DNA of 51,225 nucleotides, counting the filler, from Thelocarpon superellum (taxonomy: Eukaryota), in NCBI GenBank assembly GCA_026025795.1. It is 2 parts of 2 records of this genome, joined end to end, with 100 filler letters (N's around TTAATTAATTAA, not from the genome) between each part and the next. Parts side by side here need not be neighbours in the genome. Positions count along the whole stretch, not along the records: positions 1 to 25,615 come from JAPEUG010000267.1; 1 more part is not named here. One strand, given 5' to 3'. The notes under the pieces were generated by a model, which worked only from the letters and a program-made list of their open reading frames with translations, searched no databases and was not told where the DNA came from. Below are positions 1 through 11,623 of the stretch, piece after piece; within the stretch, counting starts at the first letter, position 1; each line of letters starts with the position of its first letter. The position numbers and the translations under genes were made by a program.

Positions 1-1330
1 CACGAGGAGCTCCATGTTCAATGTCTGGATCGACAGCTTCCCTCCGAGTTCCTGGTCAGTCAGCCTCGCTCATTGACGTTGGATTTGCCACCTACACGAT
101 CCATCTTCTCTACGAGATCTCGTGCTTGAGAAATTCCTTCCTTCGTCCTTTGCCCTATAAGCGCGTGGACTATGGCCTCGAGAACGTCAGAACCCGGATC
201 TTCCACACCAAGACGTTGCTCCTTGCTTCGGCTCACCCAAGCGATTCGTGATGCACATCCGCAGCTCATCAGCTCCTACGCTCAGGGGTTGATCGTCGTA
301 AGCTATCAGAAGGGAGAGGGATCTCTGAAGCCAAGTAGCTGCTTCATTGAACCGTCCCGTGTCCAATAGGCCTCGTCCTATCTCATAGAGGAGATCGGCC
401 GAGCTTTCGGCCATCGCTTGATCAAGCTGTGACCTTGAATCACAGTACTTGGAATACATGTGTTCTGCCAGATCCAGCCGAGACTGTCGCCATGCCTGCT
501 GCACCATTGATATCGGCCGTATCCCTTTGGTCGAGATCGTACCAGCAGAGTCCGGACGAGGTAGTATTCGGCCGACAGTTTCGACTGCAGAGATGTTTCG
601 GCGGGGCTTGCTGGCCTCGTACGTCTCGTAAGCTCGTTCTCAGACTATGGCCATCAGCAGCTGTTTGACGCGTCAACCTTGACCCACTTGAGCGGCACCG
701 TCCAGCACTTTCAGCGCAGTCTCAACCTCGTCCTGTTCTATCATTCCGGGTCAGCTGTCTGTCGGTCCGTGGGGAGGCAAAGATCACCGAGACAGTGCTT
801 GGCGGTACTCAAGGACACCATGAGTAGTCTCACGATGTCTGAAGCTTCCGTCAACACGAAAATGGGACGAGGTAAGTGGGTGGCTGACTCTCGAAAGGAT
901 CGTCGTGGCCGGTTTTGGGGCAGCGAAGAAGCATCACGGCGAAGACATGCACTGTGTGTATCAGTATCTGGCGCTGCCGGTTGCTAGGATGGCTACCTAG
1001 ACACAATGTCCACTCGTGTCCTTGTCCTGCCCCGCTCTGCCGAAGCCGTAGAGCGAGATTCCACAACGTGGTCCCAAGCTCGTCGAATTCTTCATACCTC
1101 ATGGTCGAGACGGTGCCCACCAACGGCGCGAGACCGGCAATGCACCACTGAAGGTCGCCAGCGAGGGCGACATCCGCGGAACCAGGAGGCAGGCGACCTG
1201 GCAGCCGCACGGCCTGGTCTGCGGATCTGGGATGAGCATTGGAGAACGCTCGGGCTGCGGATCCATGCGCACCGAGGATCGCCGGAAGTTGTGCACTTCC
1301 TCCTATTCGAGGGCGGGGGACGAGCGCCAT
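1..1330 (-). CDS. SPO22: Meiosis protein SPO22/ZIP4 (TPR-like), 5' portion; continues beyond window start; multi-exon
   Basis: ATG at 1330. Spliced translation gives EEFDELGTTLWNLALRL, VHVFAVMLL, NIVRLLMVSLSTAKHCL, LSAEYYLVRTLL|AWRQSRLDLAEHMYSK and ADLLYEIGRGLL...AATWLQRS, which match fungal Spo22 blocks. Frame is kept across short GT-AG introns. Confidence 0.85.
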
Positions 1331-1670
1331 CTTGTTGACGGCCGTGTCATGTCGAGCAGGTCCGCTATTCAGCAGGCGGGGCAGACTGATCCACCAGCAG
1401 CTCGCCACGGAGGTCACATGATTTCTCGTTTGTGGACCGGCATGGACGGACTAGACCGATCGGTCTTGGATTCGTCTTTGAAGGTTATGTACAATGAGAA
1501 GCGTGGGAGGCGAGACATAATCATGGGTATGGCGGTCAGGACATGATTCGTTGCCGGGCATTTATGGGAAGCCATGGGGAGCAAGTCAGCTGATAGTTTA
1601 AATGATGCGTTCCACCCCGCCCACATGCAGCCCATAGCGTGCGTGACGGAGAGGGAGGCGAGAAGTGAGG

Positions 1671-3719
1671 TCATCGCTTGATGGGCGTCATGGGCAGGAA
1701 ATTGCCTACGATGATGGAGGGTCTTCGGGCCGCGTCAGCTCCCAGAGGCGGGGTTCCGAAGGTTTGACACACCTACATGTTGTGTGTGTCGCGGCGGATG
1801 GTGAAGGAGAAACAGCAATGGATGCTCGCATCTTTGGACTGCGGGTCGGGGTTCTTCAAGAAGCAGCTGGTCAACATGGCCTTTTGGGCGTTGTCAAAGG
1901 CGATGGATCCGAACTTCTCCCAGTAGCTGACGATGGAGTTGTTCTCGAGGATCTCATGGATGGCGATCTTGCCCTGCAGACGCCTCGATTGTGAGCGACG
2001 GGGCCTCGGCGGCATCGCCGTGGGAAAGACCTACGTCACGGAATCTCTCGAGAGGAACGTGGATGAGCTCGGCCATCTCGCGGTTGCCCCGAAAGATCTC
2101 GCCCGTGCGGCGCCAGCAGCAGGCGGGGATGGCCATGCTGGCGAAGACGCGGTCATACTCCATCAAGCCTCGCTCGAACCACATCTCGACGCGCACGAGC
2201 TCGATGTCGGTCAGCTTCTGCATGCGCTCACGGAACTTGGGCCGAAAGTTGTCGAGCTGTCGCAGGATCTTCTGACGCGAGGCGGGCGGCATGTGAGATT
2301 CCATGTAGCGACTGAGCCGTGCATAGCCCTTGACGTAGTTGAAAGGTTTCAGCAGGCCCGCCTCGTACTTGGCCCGGAGGAGCTTGTTCATCCGCTCCTC
2401 GGGTGGATCGCTCCCGGACGGGTCGGCGGCAGTCAGATAGTACGTCTCCTTGGCTTTGTCGGTGGGAACGGTGCTCGGGGGGCGCGAGACGGTGGGGACG
2501 GGGACGGCGACGGCGACGCTCGCTCCGGGCGCGGCCGTTGGCACGGAGACGGTGGCGGGCCCCATCGTCAGCGATGGCTCCGGCGCGGGCATGAGCGGCG
2601 ACATGGCCGTCATGCGGGAGGCATCGCCGTAGAATTGCTGCGCCTCGTCCGCCGCGTAAGGGGACCCGTCATCCAGCAAGCTCGTGCTGAGGAAGTCATT
2701 CAGCAAGTTATACTCATTGGTGACCTCGGGCGCATTGAACATATAGGACGGGTCCAAGGTATGCATGTCTTGAAACTGATTGCCCGTGCCTGGGCTCCAC
2801 CCCGAATATAAGGTCCCTGGTGGCGATCAGCAGAGGTCTTCAGGCTTCGGCCACGCCCACCACCTACCCGGGCGAAGGCGATCGGGCGGGACCGGCGGCG
2901 GGCCGAGCGGTGTGGCGGTCGTGCGCACGGGTGGAATCGACCGCCCGGGCGCAACGGCTGCGGCTGGCCGTCCCTTCACACGTGGCGAAAGGGGCTCAGT
3001 TGAGGAGGGTACGCCCTCGGCTTCGGTCGCTGGGTCGAGCTCGGTCTTGGACTTCTTGGCGGGCTCGCGCGGTTCATCATGGCAGAGGTGTCCGATATTA
3101 CGCTTGATGCAACGGGTACACGGTCGTTCCTGCACGGCCAGGCCAGCACGTCAGTTTCGTCGTCGGGGCTCCAGGTCACGCCACGGCCCAGCGGGGACGT
3201 GAGGATTCCGTACCAGGTCACAGGTCATATGCTATCCGCGCCAGCACACGCTCAAGGGTTAGCCAAGTGGTAGGCGCGCGACCGTCGGCCTCACCTGGGG
3301 ACCGGCGCGGCGGAGGGATGGTTGGGGAAGGGAAGCGGCCGCTCACCGATCGTCGGCAGTATACACAGGCTATGGGCGAGCAAGATGGCGGCGTCAGCAT
3401 TGCCGCACACCACCACCATCAGCCACGAGGCGCCCGGCCCCTGGGGAGGAGAGGAGGGAGGCACGCCGGTGGGACCGTCACACTGACCATGGTTCACTTT
3501 CCGACGCTTCTTGGAGCTTCCGTCCGCGCCGTCGGGCGACGACTGGCTCGCAGATTTGGAGGCGGCGGTGGGGGTGGCCGGCGCGGCGCGGCCGTTGACC
3601 GCGGCGGCGCCGGCCTTGGGCGGAGCCTGGCGGTTGCCATTGCGCTCCGCGGCCGCGGCCGAGACGGCATCGGCGCCATTGGTCGTCGAGGCCGCCGTCT
3701 CTTGTGTACCTTCGGGCAT
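1671..3719 (-). CDS. acuM: Zn2Cys6 transcription factor with C-terminal PAS-like domain, AcuM/Rds2 type (gluconeogenesis regulator); multi-exon
   Basis: Spliced KKRRKVNHACVYCRRSHMTCDLERPCTRCIKRNIGHLCHDEPRE. Also KLLRAKYEAGLLKPFNYVKGYARL, EYDRVFASMAIPACCWRRTGEIFRGN, SYWEKFGSIAFD, and end CCFSFTIRRD...PSIIVGNFLPMTPIKR* (TGA at 1671-1673). Confidence 0.88.
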
Positions 3720-4730
3720 GAGCCGACGGGCGTCATGTACGAGCACGTCTCTTCATGGGCCGTCGTACCGCGAACGAGCGACGGATGAGGACAGGCCCGC
3801 GCGAATGCGGGCACGTCGCCCGGGCGGCGCGGCGGCTCGGGTGGTCAAAGACGATGGGCAAGGGTGGGCGCTGGGTGCTGTGACCCGAACCTCAGCGTCG
3901 TGTCTCGTGACGACGGGGCGCGAGGGGCAAGCTGCAGCGTGCAATTTTCAACGTGCAGCGTGCGGGACGAGATGCCTAGGTCCGGCTGAAAGCTTCAGGC
4001 CGAGGGTGACGCAATGGATGAGGGGCAGCAGTCAGCAGTCATCTGGCACACCGATTCACGACACAATTGAGCATCAGAGGAGTCGCCGGTGCCTGCGTCG
4101 ATGCGTCGATGCGTCAGCCTTGGTATTCTGGCTCGAGTGCACCATTAGTCTCGTGGGTGGGACAGCTCGACGACGGTCCCCGAAGGAATGTCTCATGGAA
4201 AGTCTACCTTGGCTGCCTTCCCAGCGCATGTCACATGCTCCAGACGCGGAGATTCGTGTACCAGGCGCCACGGCACTTGTGTTCAGAGGCGTCGACCCTA
4301 CCCCAGGCTCTCCGGGGGCCCTCTGCCATTGGTCACGGGCGCTACCGTCAGATCCCTCTAGCCCAGGCGAGTCCAGGTAGCAGGTACGAAAGACACCACG
4401 GCACTCGTTTGTTTTCCACCCGCGTAAATGGTGGCCAGACTTCTCACGCTGTTCGGTTTGGCTCGCTGTTCGGTTTGGCTCGCTGTGATCGTGAAAGCGA
4501 CTCTGCCCTCGGTGCACTGTCGGGGCCAGATAGTGTGGGCAGACGGCCGCATGGCTACAGGGTCGCGGCTGCATACCAAGGGACCCAGGGAATCATTTGA
4601 CGGCCTGCGGATGCTGGATGCTGGCGACCGGATGCCCTCGGCTGTCCCGGCAACGTCCACCCGTCTTCGGCTCTGGACAAATCGCCCAAGACGGGGCTCT
4701 TCCAGATCGCCCTCTACTGCTAGTATAGTA

Positions 4731-6692
4731 CTACTCAGTCGCAACCTTACTGCGAACGCCACCCTTGTGATACCAATTCATGTCGATCTCGTCCTGATAC
4801 ATCCAGCCTCCGTCAGTAAGTCGTCCGGCAAGCATCGTGGACAGATGCGTCGGGGATCACGCACCACTTCGCCCCACAGGTCGACGAGTCGGATCAACAG
4901 ATCCGTGCGCTGCTCTCGCGCCAGCACCTCGGCCACGGCACGGTAGGCACTGTTCAAGGCGCCCACCACCCAAGCATGGCCCGTGCTGAGCGCCTCTCCA
5001 GCAAAATGCATGCGCCCGTCCGCCGCCGGTTGCAGCAGCGTGGGCATCAAGGTCGTGAACTCGGCTGGATCGAAAAAGGCAAAGGCACCGAGGGTGAATT
5101 CGTTGTCGTACCATGACAATGCAAATGAGTCGACGTATTGTGATCGGAGAAAGTCGTCCGTGACATTGTTCATCGCCGCCAGATTGCGCAACGTCAGATC
5201 GATCAGATCCGCGCGAGCCTCGGCCGTAGCCATATATGATCCGATGCGCGCCGCATCTTGACCCCAGGTCTGCCGCGCGCGTCAGTCTCGATCACGTCTT
5301 CCGGACGGCAGGGGACGCACGTAGGATGCGATCATGCTCGCGGCCGCATGTCGCGTGTTCACCCCGTACGAGGGGAAGACGCAATGCCGAATGGGTAGAT
5401 CCGAGTACGACTGCCCGCCCTTGATCGGCAAGGGCAGCTCTTCCCACCAGCGCGTCTTGAATTTGATGCCAACCTTGGTCGCCGGGTCATAATTCAGCTT
5501 TCGCAGCGCCACTTTCTTCTCGTAATCCAGCGGCAAGCCGGTTAGATCCATGGCTCGCAGTGCTCCCAACGCCGTGGTGCTAATGACGTGGTCATAGTAC
5601 CGCGTCGTGGCATTGGTCGAGACCTCCATCCGGCCGTCGGCGCCAACGGACATTTTGATGACACGCTGCGAGAGCCGCACCGGGCTCGTCAACGTGCGCA
5701 AGAGGCCGTTGATGATGCGACTAAAGCCCCCTTCCACCGTGAGCCACATGCTTTCTGGCGCCGCGTCGAAGATCCATTTCTCCAACACGGTCTCGGAGAG
5801 GCCAGCGTCGTAATGTCCGGACGCGTCTTCCGTCGTCTCGAGCCAGTCCACCTCAGCGTCCGTGTATCCCACACTGCGGAGATAGCCACGGACGGACATG
5901 GCGTCAAAGGCCATCAGCTTCTCGTACCCATCTTCCAGGCTGTCATTCAGCGCGTTGGTGAATTGATCGATGATGCCGTTCCACACGTCCCCGGGGTTCT
6001 CGGACGCGAACGTCTCCGGCAGGCTGCCTCCATCGAGTGCTCCCACGCCAAACGGGTCCCCGGTCAGTGTATCCTGATATGCTCGCAATTTATCATTATA
6101 AAGCAGAAAGGTATTATTGGAGTTGAAGAGGAAGGGGATCGTCGTGATCTGATCCAAGCCGGTGGTACGGGCGTTAATATAATTGAAGAGCGAATGATTC
6201 TGGCTTCCAATGAGTCGATCCATGTAGGGCATGCGAGGGACGCGCATGGCTCCAACGTCCTGCACAAATCCTTAGCATCACACACGTGGACCTTCTTCCT
6301 CCATCGCAACGAATGGGTGAGTGACTTACGACATAATCATAGTACGCCGGCTCGCCCGGCCGCGACCGCTTCCATGCTGCCTCGTCGAAGTAATGGGTCC
6401 GGATTCGACCGCCGGCTTGAGTGTCGGCCTCGAGGACCTCACAGCTGACGCCCAGCGACTCCAACAAAATGGCCGAGTACAGGCCCGCCGCACCCGCCCC
6501 GATGATCCCGACCGTCAAGGGCCCGTCTGTGGCGGTGGCTGTCGACGTGGAGAACTTGCCATAGGCCGCCGATGAAGCCAGTAGCCGTCGGGTGAAGAGT
6601 CGATCATAATCGCCTCGCTGCACGGCCACGGCCAATAGCGGAATGGCTAGCACGACGAGACCTCGCAGTAAAACGGCGAACGAACGCGACAT
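4731..6692 (-). CDS. Flavin-dependent L-amino-acid oxidase / amine oxidase with N-terminal signal peptide; 4 exons
   Basis: Hydrophobic N-terminus, FAD motif VGIIGAGAAGL...E...GGRIRT, DVGAMR, KVGIKFKTRWW, ASY|TWGQDA, HFAGEALSTGHAWVVGALNSA. Last exon DEIDMNWYHKGGVRSKVATE*. Confidence 0.88.
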
Positions 6693-7507
6693 GACGCCGT
6701 CGCGTGCAAAACAAAGGGCCCTTCGACACCTACAGACATGACCAGGGCGCCAGGGTCGAGGGAGCTCTCAATGCTTTAAGGCCCGCGCCATCCGTGGAAC
6801 TCACCATCTTGTGATTCAGCCCGTCGCTCATGGTCGCGTGGGCAGGTCGCGGCCAAATTGGCGGCCTAGTCCAATAACGAGACCTGTCCAGATCCATCGA
6901 GTCAGGGACCCGTTGTGGCCTTCCCGAAAGACTTTCATCGTGAGCGTGCGATTTCCCTATCTGAGCAAAGGCGACTCGATGATCCTAGCGTTCGGCAATA
7001 TGGCAATATGGGCATCGCGCGAGGGACCCCACCGAATCAGCAGCTGGGCAGGATCAGGCGGAGGTCAGCCCCACGCGCAACATGTGACAGGAACGCACGT
7101 GTGGGGGATCACGTGATCCCGGCTGTGGCGTGCAGATCCCGCTGCATGGCTTACGTCATGAAGAACGTGGGGCGCACAGTGGAAACCACAGAGGCGCGGG
7201 AAATGTGTAGCGAAGATCATCCAGAGTCTAGCGTAGATGTGGATGTAGGCTGGGCCATCCAAATGATGATAAACAATATCGTACGTAAGGTCACGTGACG
7301 CGGATGCGTTGGTGGCCCGGTAGGTCGCATCCTAGGCTCGGCCGGTGGGACCGGAACGAGGTCGGAACTTCTGCCGACATATCCCTGGTGCGCGCTCCAT
7401 AAATTCCAATGCCAACAGGTCTTAGGAGGACTCCCGCAGAACTCCATGGGCTTAGTCATATCCCTCTCGACCCGGCCTCAACGCCAACCTTTGCACCGAA
7501 GGAATCG

Positions 7508-8558
7508 CTACTTCTCGAGGGTTCGTGCGTACTGACGGGCGTCGAGTTGTCGGTAGAGCCGATTGTCGAGGGTAGCTTGCGTGCGACGCATCGCCTCGCT
7601 CAGACCCTGCACCGGACCGAGGTTGGCTTGGATGCTGTCGACATGGTTTTGCAGTTTCTGCAGCACCGGCGCGAGTGTAGCTTCGTCCACCTACGCACCC
7701 CTGCGACTTAGCGACAGGGAAAAAATTCGAGGGCAAAAGGGGAAAAGTCTTCCCAAGGAGCCCGGGTGGCGGACGTACGTCAAGGGCCAGCACTTGGTTC
7801 AGATTGACCTCCTTTAGCCCATCGCTGCCGACCGCGTCGTCATGGACCCTGGCTCCGTCCGAGAGCCGGAGCAGGGGATGTGCCTGCAGGGTGGATCAGT
7901 CGTGCGTGGAGTGCCGGGACGGGGGCTGCACTCACATCCTTCGCCCGTCGTCTCCGCAAGCCATCTTCCGCCGCTGTGTTTTCGCTCAGCGCGACCAATC
8001 GTTCGCGGTCCACGTCGAGGAGGCTCTTCTCCTTCTGGATCTCGGCCTGCAGGAGGCCAATAGCGTGGCTCGTCGGCGTTAATTGCGCCTCGAGGGCGCG
8101 CTGAGAGGTCACGCCTTGTCAGCCTAGCCCAACTCGATCGGGAGAGAGGGTGGGTTACGTTTTGGTCGAGCAGGTGCTCGTAGTTGAAGTGGGCGTCCTT
8201 GGTGGTCGGGGGAAATGCCATACGCGGCAACTTCCGGTGCAGCGTCCGCAACACCGGCGCCAGCGCAACTTGGACCTCGGCCCTTCGCCGCTGGTCTCTG
8301 TGTCTCATCAGAACGGGTCGCTCCACGGCCTGGAACAGCTGTCGGACGTGCTGCTGCGCCGATTCGGGCAGGGGCGTCCATTGCGACGTCACGACGTCCT
8401 GGGAGATGTGCTTGATCCGGGCCTTGAGCGTCGGAAAGGCCGGCCGTGTGGCTGCCAGCCGTCAGTGACGGGAACCTGGCGCTGATGCACACTCACGGGG
8501 TCTCACCGGTGCTCAGTTCGTCCAGGTCCGCATCATCGGCTCGTCGCTTTCGTGACAT
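7508..8558 (-). CDS. Kinetochore protein CENP-Q/Okp1/Fta7 family; multi-exon
   Basis: Spliced LKARIKHISQDVVTSQWTPLP...VERPV...LHRKLPRMAFPP...FNYEHLLDQN|RALEAQL..., AHPLL, and a C-terminal coiled coil LQKLQNHVDSIQANL, typical of Pezizomycotina CENP-Q. Confidence 0.75.
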
Positions 8559-9367
8559 GGTGAGAGCCCGGTGATGTGATGATCAATGCCGGGCGTCGTG
8601 GCCGGATCGCGTCAGTCACCAAGCGACCGCGGCCTCAACACGCGTCTTGTCGGGCCTCGTCCCTCTGACGTATAAAGCGGGGCAATAGGAAGATGACGTT
8701 GGAAGAAGGGAGTACCGTCGTCATCCACCCGTCCTCTTCTACGCTGGGTGCCGAGGGAGGAGGTTGTTGTGGCATTCAAGCGGCTGTCTTCGTACGCGAT
8801 CGAGCTGCCGCGATAACGGCGACAGCAACTTTCGCGACCAGCCGGCAAGCGTAATTGCCGTTACGGCGGGCGTCTACCGCCATATCCGCCGCGTGCCGCC
8901 GGACTGCCATACAGCAGTTGTGTCGAACCGTACTCCGCGCTCCGATCCCACACCGCTCGGCTGCCCTACCGCTGCGAACCGCGGTCGTGAGCCCTGCCAC
9001 TTGGAAGCAAACCTTGCCGCGTGCGACAAAGGTATGCTACGATGATCATGTGAAGGGCTCCAAACGGGTTGCAAAGTCGTCATGGCAAGCATGATGATCG
9101 TTCATTATAGCTCATTGAAATCTGATCTCACAAGACCGTCCAAGTCATGCATCGTGTGTGTGACCAGAAGACCCATACGATCCTCGTCAAGGGCTCTAGC
9201 AAACGACATTCCACCTCCCCTCAACTCCTCAAGCAGCAAATAACCATCCTCCGGATGCACTCCAACACGTCACCCATAAGAAATCCTACAAGCAGAATGG
9301 AACCCTCGGCGCCAGCCCGGGCCTGGCCGTAGCACAGCGGAAGAGGGCGTCGGCGTCGGCGTCAGCG

Positions 9368-10841
9368 TTAGCCGTCGAACGAGGCCAGCAGTGTCCGGAG
9401 CTCGGCGTTGCCCTTGAGCATGTCCTCAAGCCAGTCGGCCGCCTGCACGAGCATGGCGCTCTTGCTGTAGCCACCGCCCCTGAGGTCGGGAACGAGGTCG
9501 CAGAGGTCGTCGAACCCTTGCTTGATGAGGTTGCGACGTTTCTGCTCCGACAGGATATGATTCGATCGCTTTTGCTCCTCCGTGAGATTCTCGCGATTCG
9601 TCTTCTGCCCAACCGACTGCGAGCGTTCGCGTTGCTCCGCCTCCACCGCCTTTCGCGCGCGGCCATTCCGCCCGCTGGCGGCCAGCTTCTTGCGGCGTTT
9701 GATCTGTCCGTTGGCCTCGTCATCGTCGCCATCTTCCAGGGCCTCCTCTTCCTTGACCTTTCGTTTCCGTCGCGCGTGGGCTTGCGCGTCATCAAAGTCG
9801 TCCGACATGGCACCCGCATCGTAGTGGCTCATATCGTGACCCTTGATCGCCGCGATCGAGGCCCGTTGGCGCGCAGCCGCGGTGGCGGTGGGCGAGCTCA
9901 TCGGGTTGACACCCGTCTGCGGGAGGAAGGACTTCATGCTGTGCATCATCTCCGTCGTCACGTCCTCCTCCGTCTCTTGATCGGGCGGAGCGACGTAGCC
10001 ATGGTCCAGGAAGCTGACGTCGGAGCCCCATCGTACTTCGACCGCCTTGGACTGACGGTTGAGCGCCACGGTGGGCCCGGAGTTGGTCCGGCGTGGATCG
10101 GCGTACATCATGCCGGGGTAGGCGGTGTGGACCACGTCCACCGAATTGGCCCGGTGGTGCGAGGAGCTGGACGGGCCGCGCTGCATGCCCATCTGACCAC
10201 TCGCGTAGTGCTGCGATGACTGCCGACGGAGCGGCGGGTGGATCAGCGGCGCTTGCGCAAAGTCATGACTGGCATGCCGCGCGGAGAGACCCGTGCTCTC
10301 AGGCGAGTGCATCGCGTGGACCATCTGTGCATGCCCGTTCTGGAGCAGCGCCGCGGCGGCGAGCACGTCGTCCGACGTCGTGGCCGGGCGATACATGGGC
10401 GAGACCCCAAAGGCCCCGTTGCGGCCCTCGTGGTGCAGCTCGTGCATGTTGCTGGCCGTCATTGGGGTGTGGGGTAAGGAGGTGGTGGTGCCATGGAGGG
10501 TCGGGGGCAGGCCATCAGCCCAGCCGAAGTGCACGTCGCCTAGACCTTGCTGGGGTATGGACTTGTCGAAGATGTAATCCGTGGTGTCAAAGCTCGTGGA
10601 GCCGACACGGTCGAAGAAGTCGCCCAGCAGATGCGAGTCGGCTTCATCCAACAAGGACGGACCGGGGGCAGGCGTGGGTGGAGAGGGGTAGGGGAAGTGG
10701 GAGTTCGGGTCGTAAGTGGGGTCGAATGCATCTGCATCGGGAGTCAGTGGGCCTTCCTTGGTCGCCCAAAGGGTGGCATCAGCAGCGTGCACACGTACAT
10801 CCAAAAGGCATCTGGGCCAACGGTGATCTCGACGAAGCCAT
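9368..10841 (-). CDS. bHLH transcription factor (Ino2/Ino4-, Mlx-like), C-terminal bHLH; 1 intron (10732-10798)
   Basis: RENLTEEQKRSNHILSEQKRRNLIKQGFDDLCDLVPDLRGGGYSKSAMLVQAADWL, upstream WGSDVSF motif. ATG 10841 (MASSRSPLAQMPFG) splices in frame to YAFDP. Confidence 0.85.
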
Positions 10842-11585
10842 GGTGGTGATGCGAGGGTCGACGTTGCGCTGGGAGTCGCGACGGCCGTTCGGGAGGTCTT
10901 GGGACGCCGTCAGGTCAATGGGGGGCCGGGGCGGCGAATCGTGGGGTGCACGGGTCGAGGATGGTCTGGGCAATGGGGACGCGGGCGCTTCTCATGCTCT
11001 CGTCGTCCGCCACGCTCGTTGGGTCGGGACTGGTAATGTCGAGATCAAGGATGCCTGCGACGCGAGCGGGCCAGGGTGCAGGGACAGATCGGCGAAAGCA
11101 GGGTCAGCAGGGCGAGGGAACGGTGTCGGTCCAGGAGCGGGGCGGGGCGTGGATGGACGGGCGTGAGGCGGGAATGAGGTTCAAGACAGGCCCAGGGCCC
11201 AGGAAGTGCATGGCACAGCGACGGTCCTGAGGAAGAAGAGTGGAAGGGGCACCGAGGGAGCAATGGTAGATATGTGTGCGTAGCGGCGTGATCCTTTCGC
11301 AACCAGGCTCCGGCGTGGACGCTAAGGCGTCAGAGCCAGCGGCGGAGGTCTAATGGATCTAATAACCGTCGCGGGATGGGGTCGGGACAACGCGTGACAG
11401 GGTGACGGCGGTGGTCGCAGCGGCGCCGATAGAGATAGTCGATGGGCCCTGGCCGGGGGACAGTGCTTGGAAGGGGGAGGGGCCTAGTGGTGATTGCTTG
11501 ATGCGTCGTGGTGGCATGCTTGAGGGTGAGCGACGGAGTGCGTGCGTAGGCGCGGTGAGCGTCGCTGGAGAGTAGTGGTTGTGGT

Positions 11586-11623
11586 CGTGAGCGTGAGCGT
11601 GAGCGTGAGCGTGAGCGTGAGCG
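11586..11623. repeat. (CGTGAG)6 hexanucleotide microsatellite
   Basis: Directly visible perfect tandem repeat. Confidence 0.95.

Noticed and set aside
1429..1436. CACAAA (Ndt80 MSE-like) on the minus strand upstream of SPO22
   Set aside because: Incomplete match (CACAAAC rather than CRCAAAW).
1933..2811. 292-aa plus-strand ORF, and similar long ORFs at 5588-6448, 10093-11166, 32578-33402, 44739-46289 and 47217-48875
   Set aside because: They are antisense shadows of real GC-rich genes on the opposite strand and have no domain motifs.
3511..4946. Several 130-290-aa ORFs between acuM and the LAO gene
   Set aside because: No recognisable motifs, mostly non-ATG starts, and composition expected by chance at high GC.
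8640..8645. ACGCGT (MCB-like) upstream of CENP-Q
   Set aside because: A single hexamer that is common in GC-rich DNA; not supportable alone.
9091..9125. C-box (ATGATGA) and D-box (CTGA) pair
   Set aside because: The span is only 35 nt, too short for a C/D snoRNA, and there is no convincing terminal stem.
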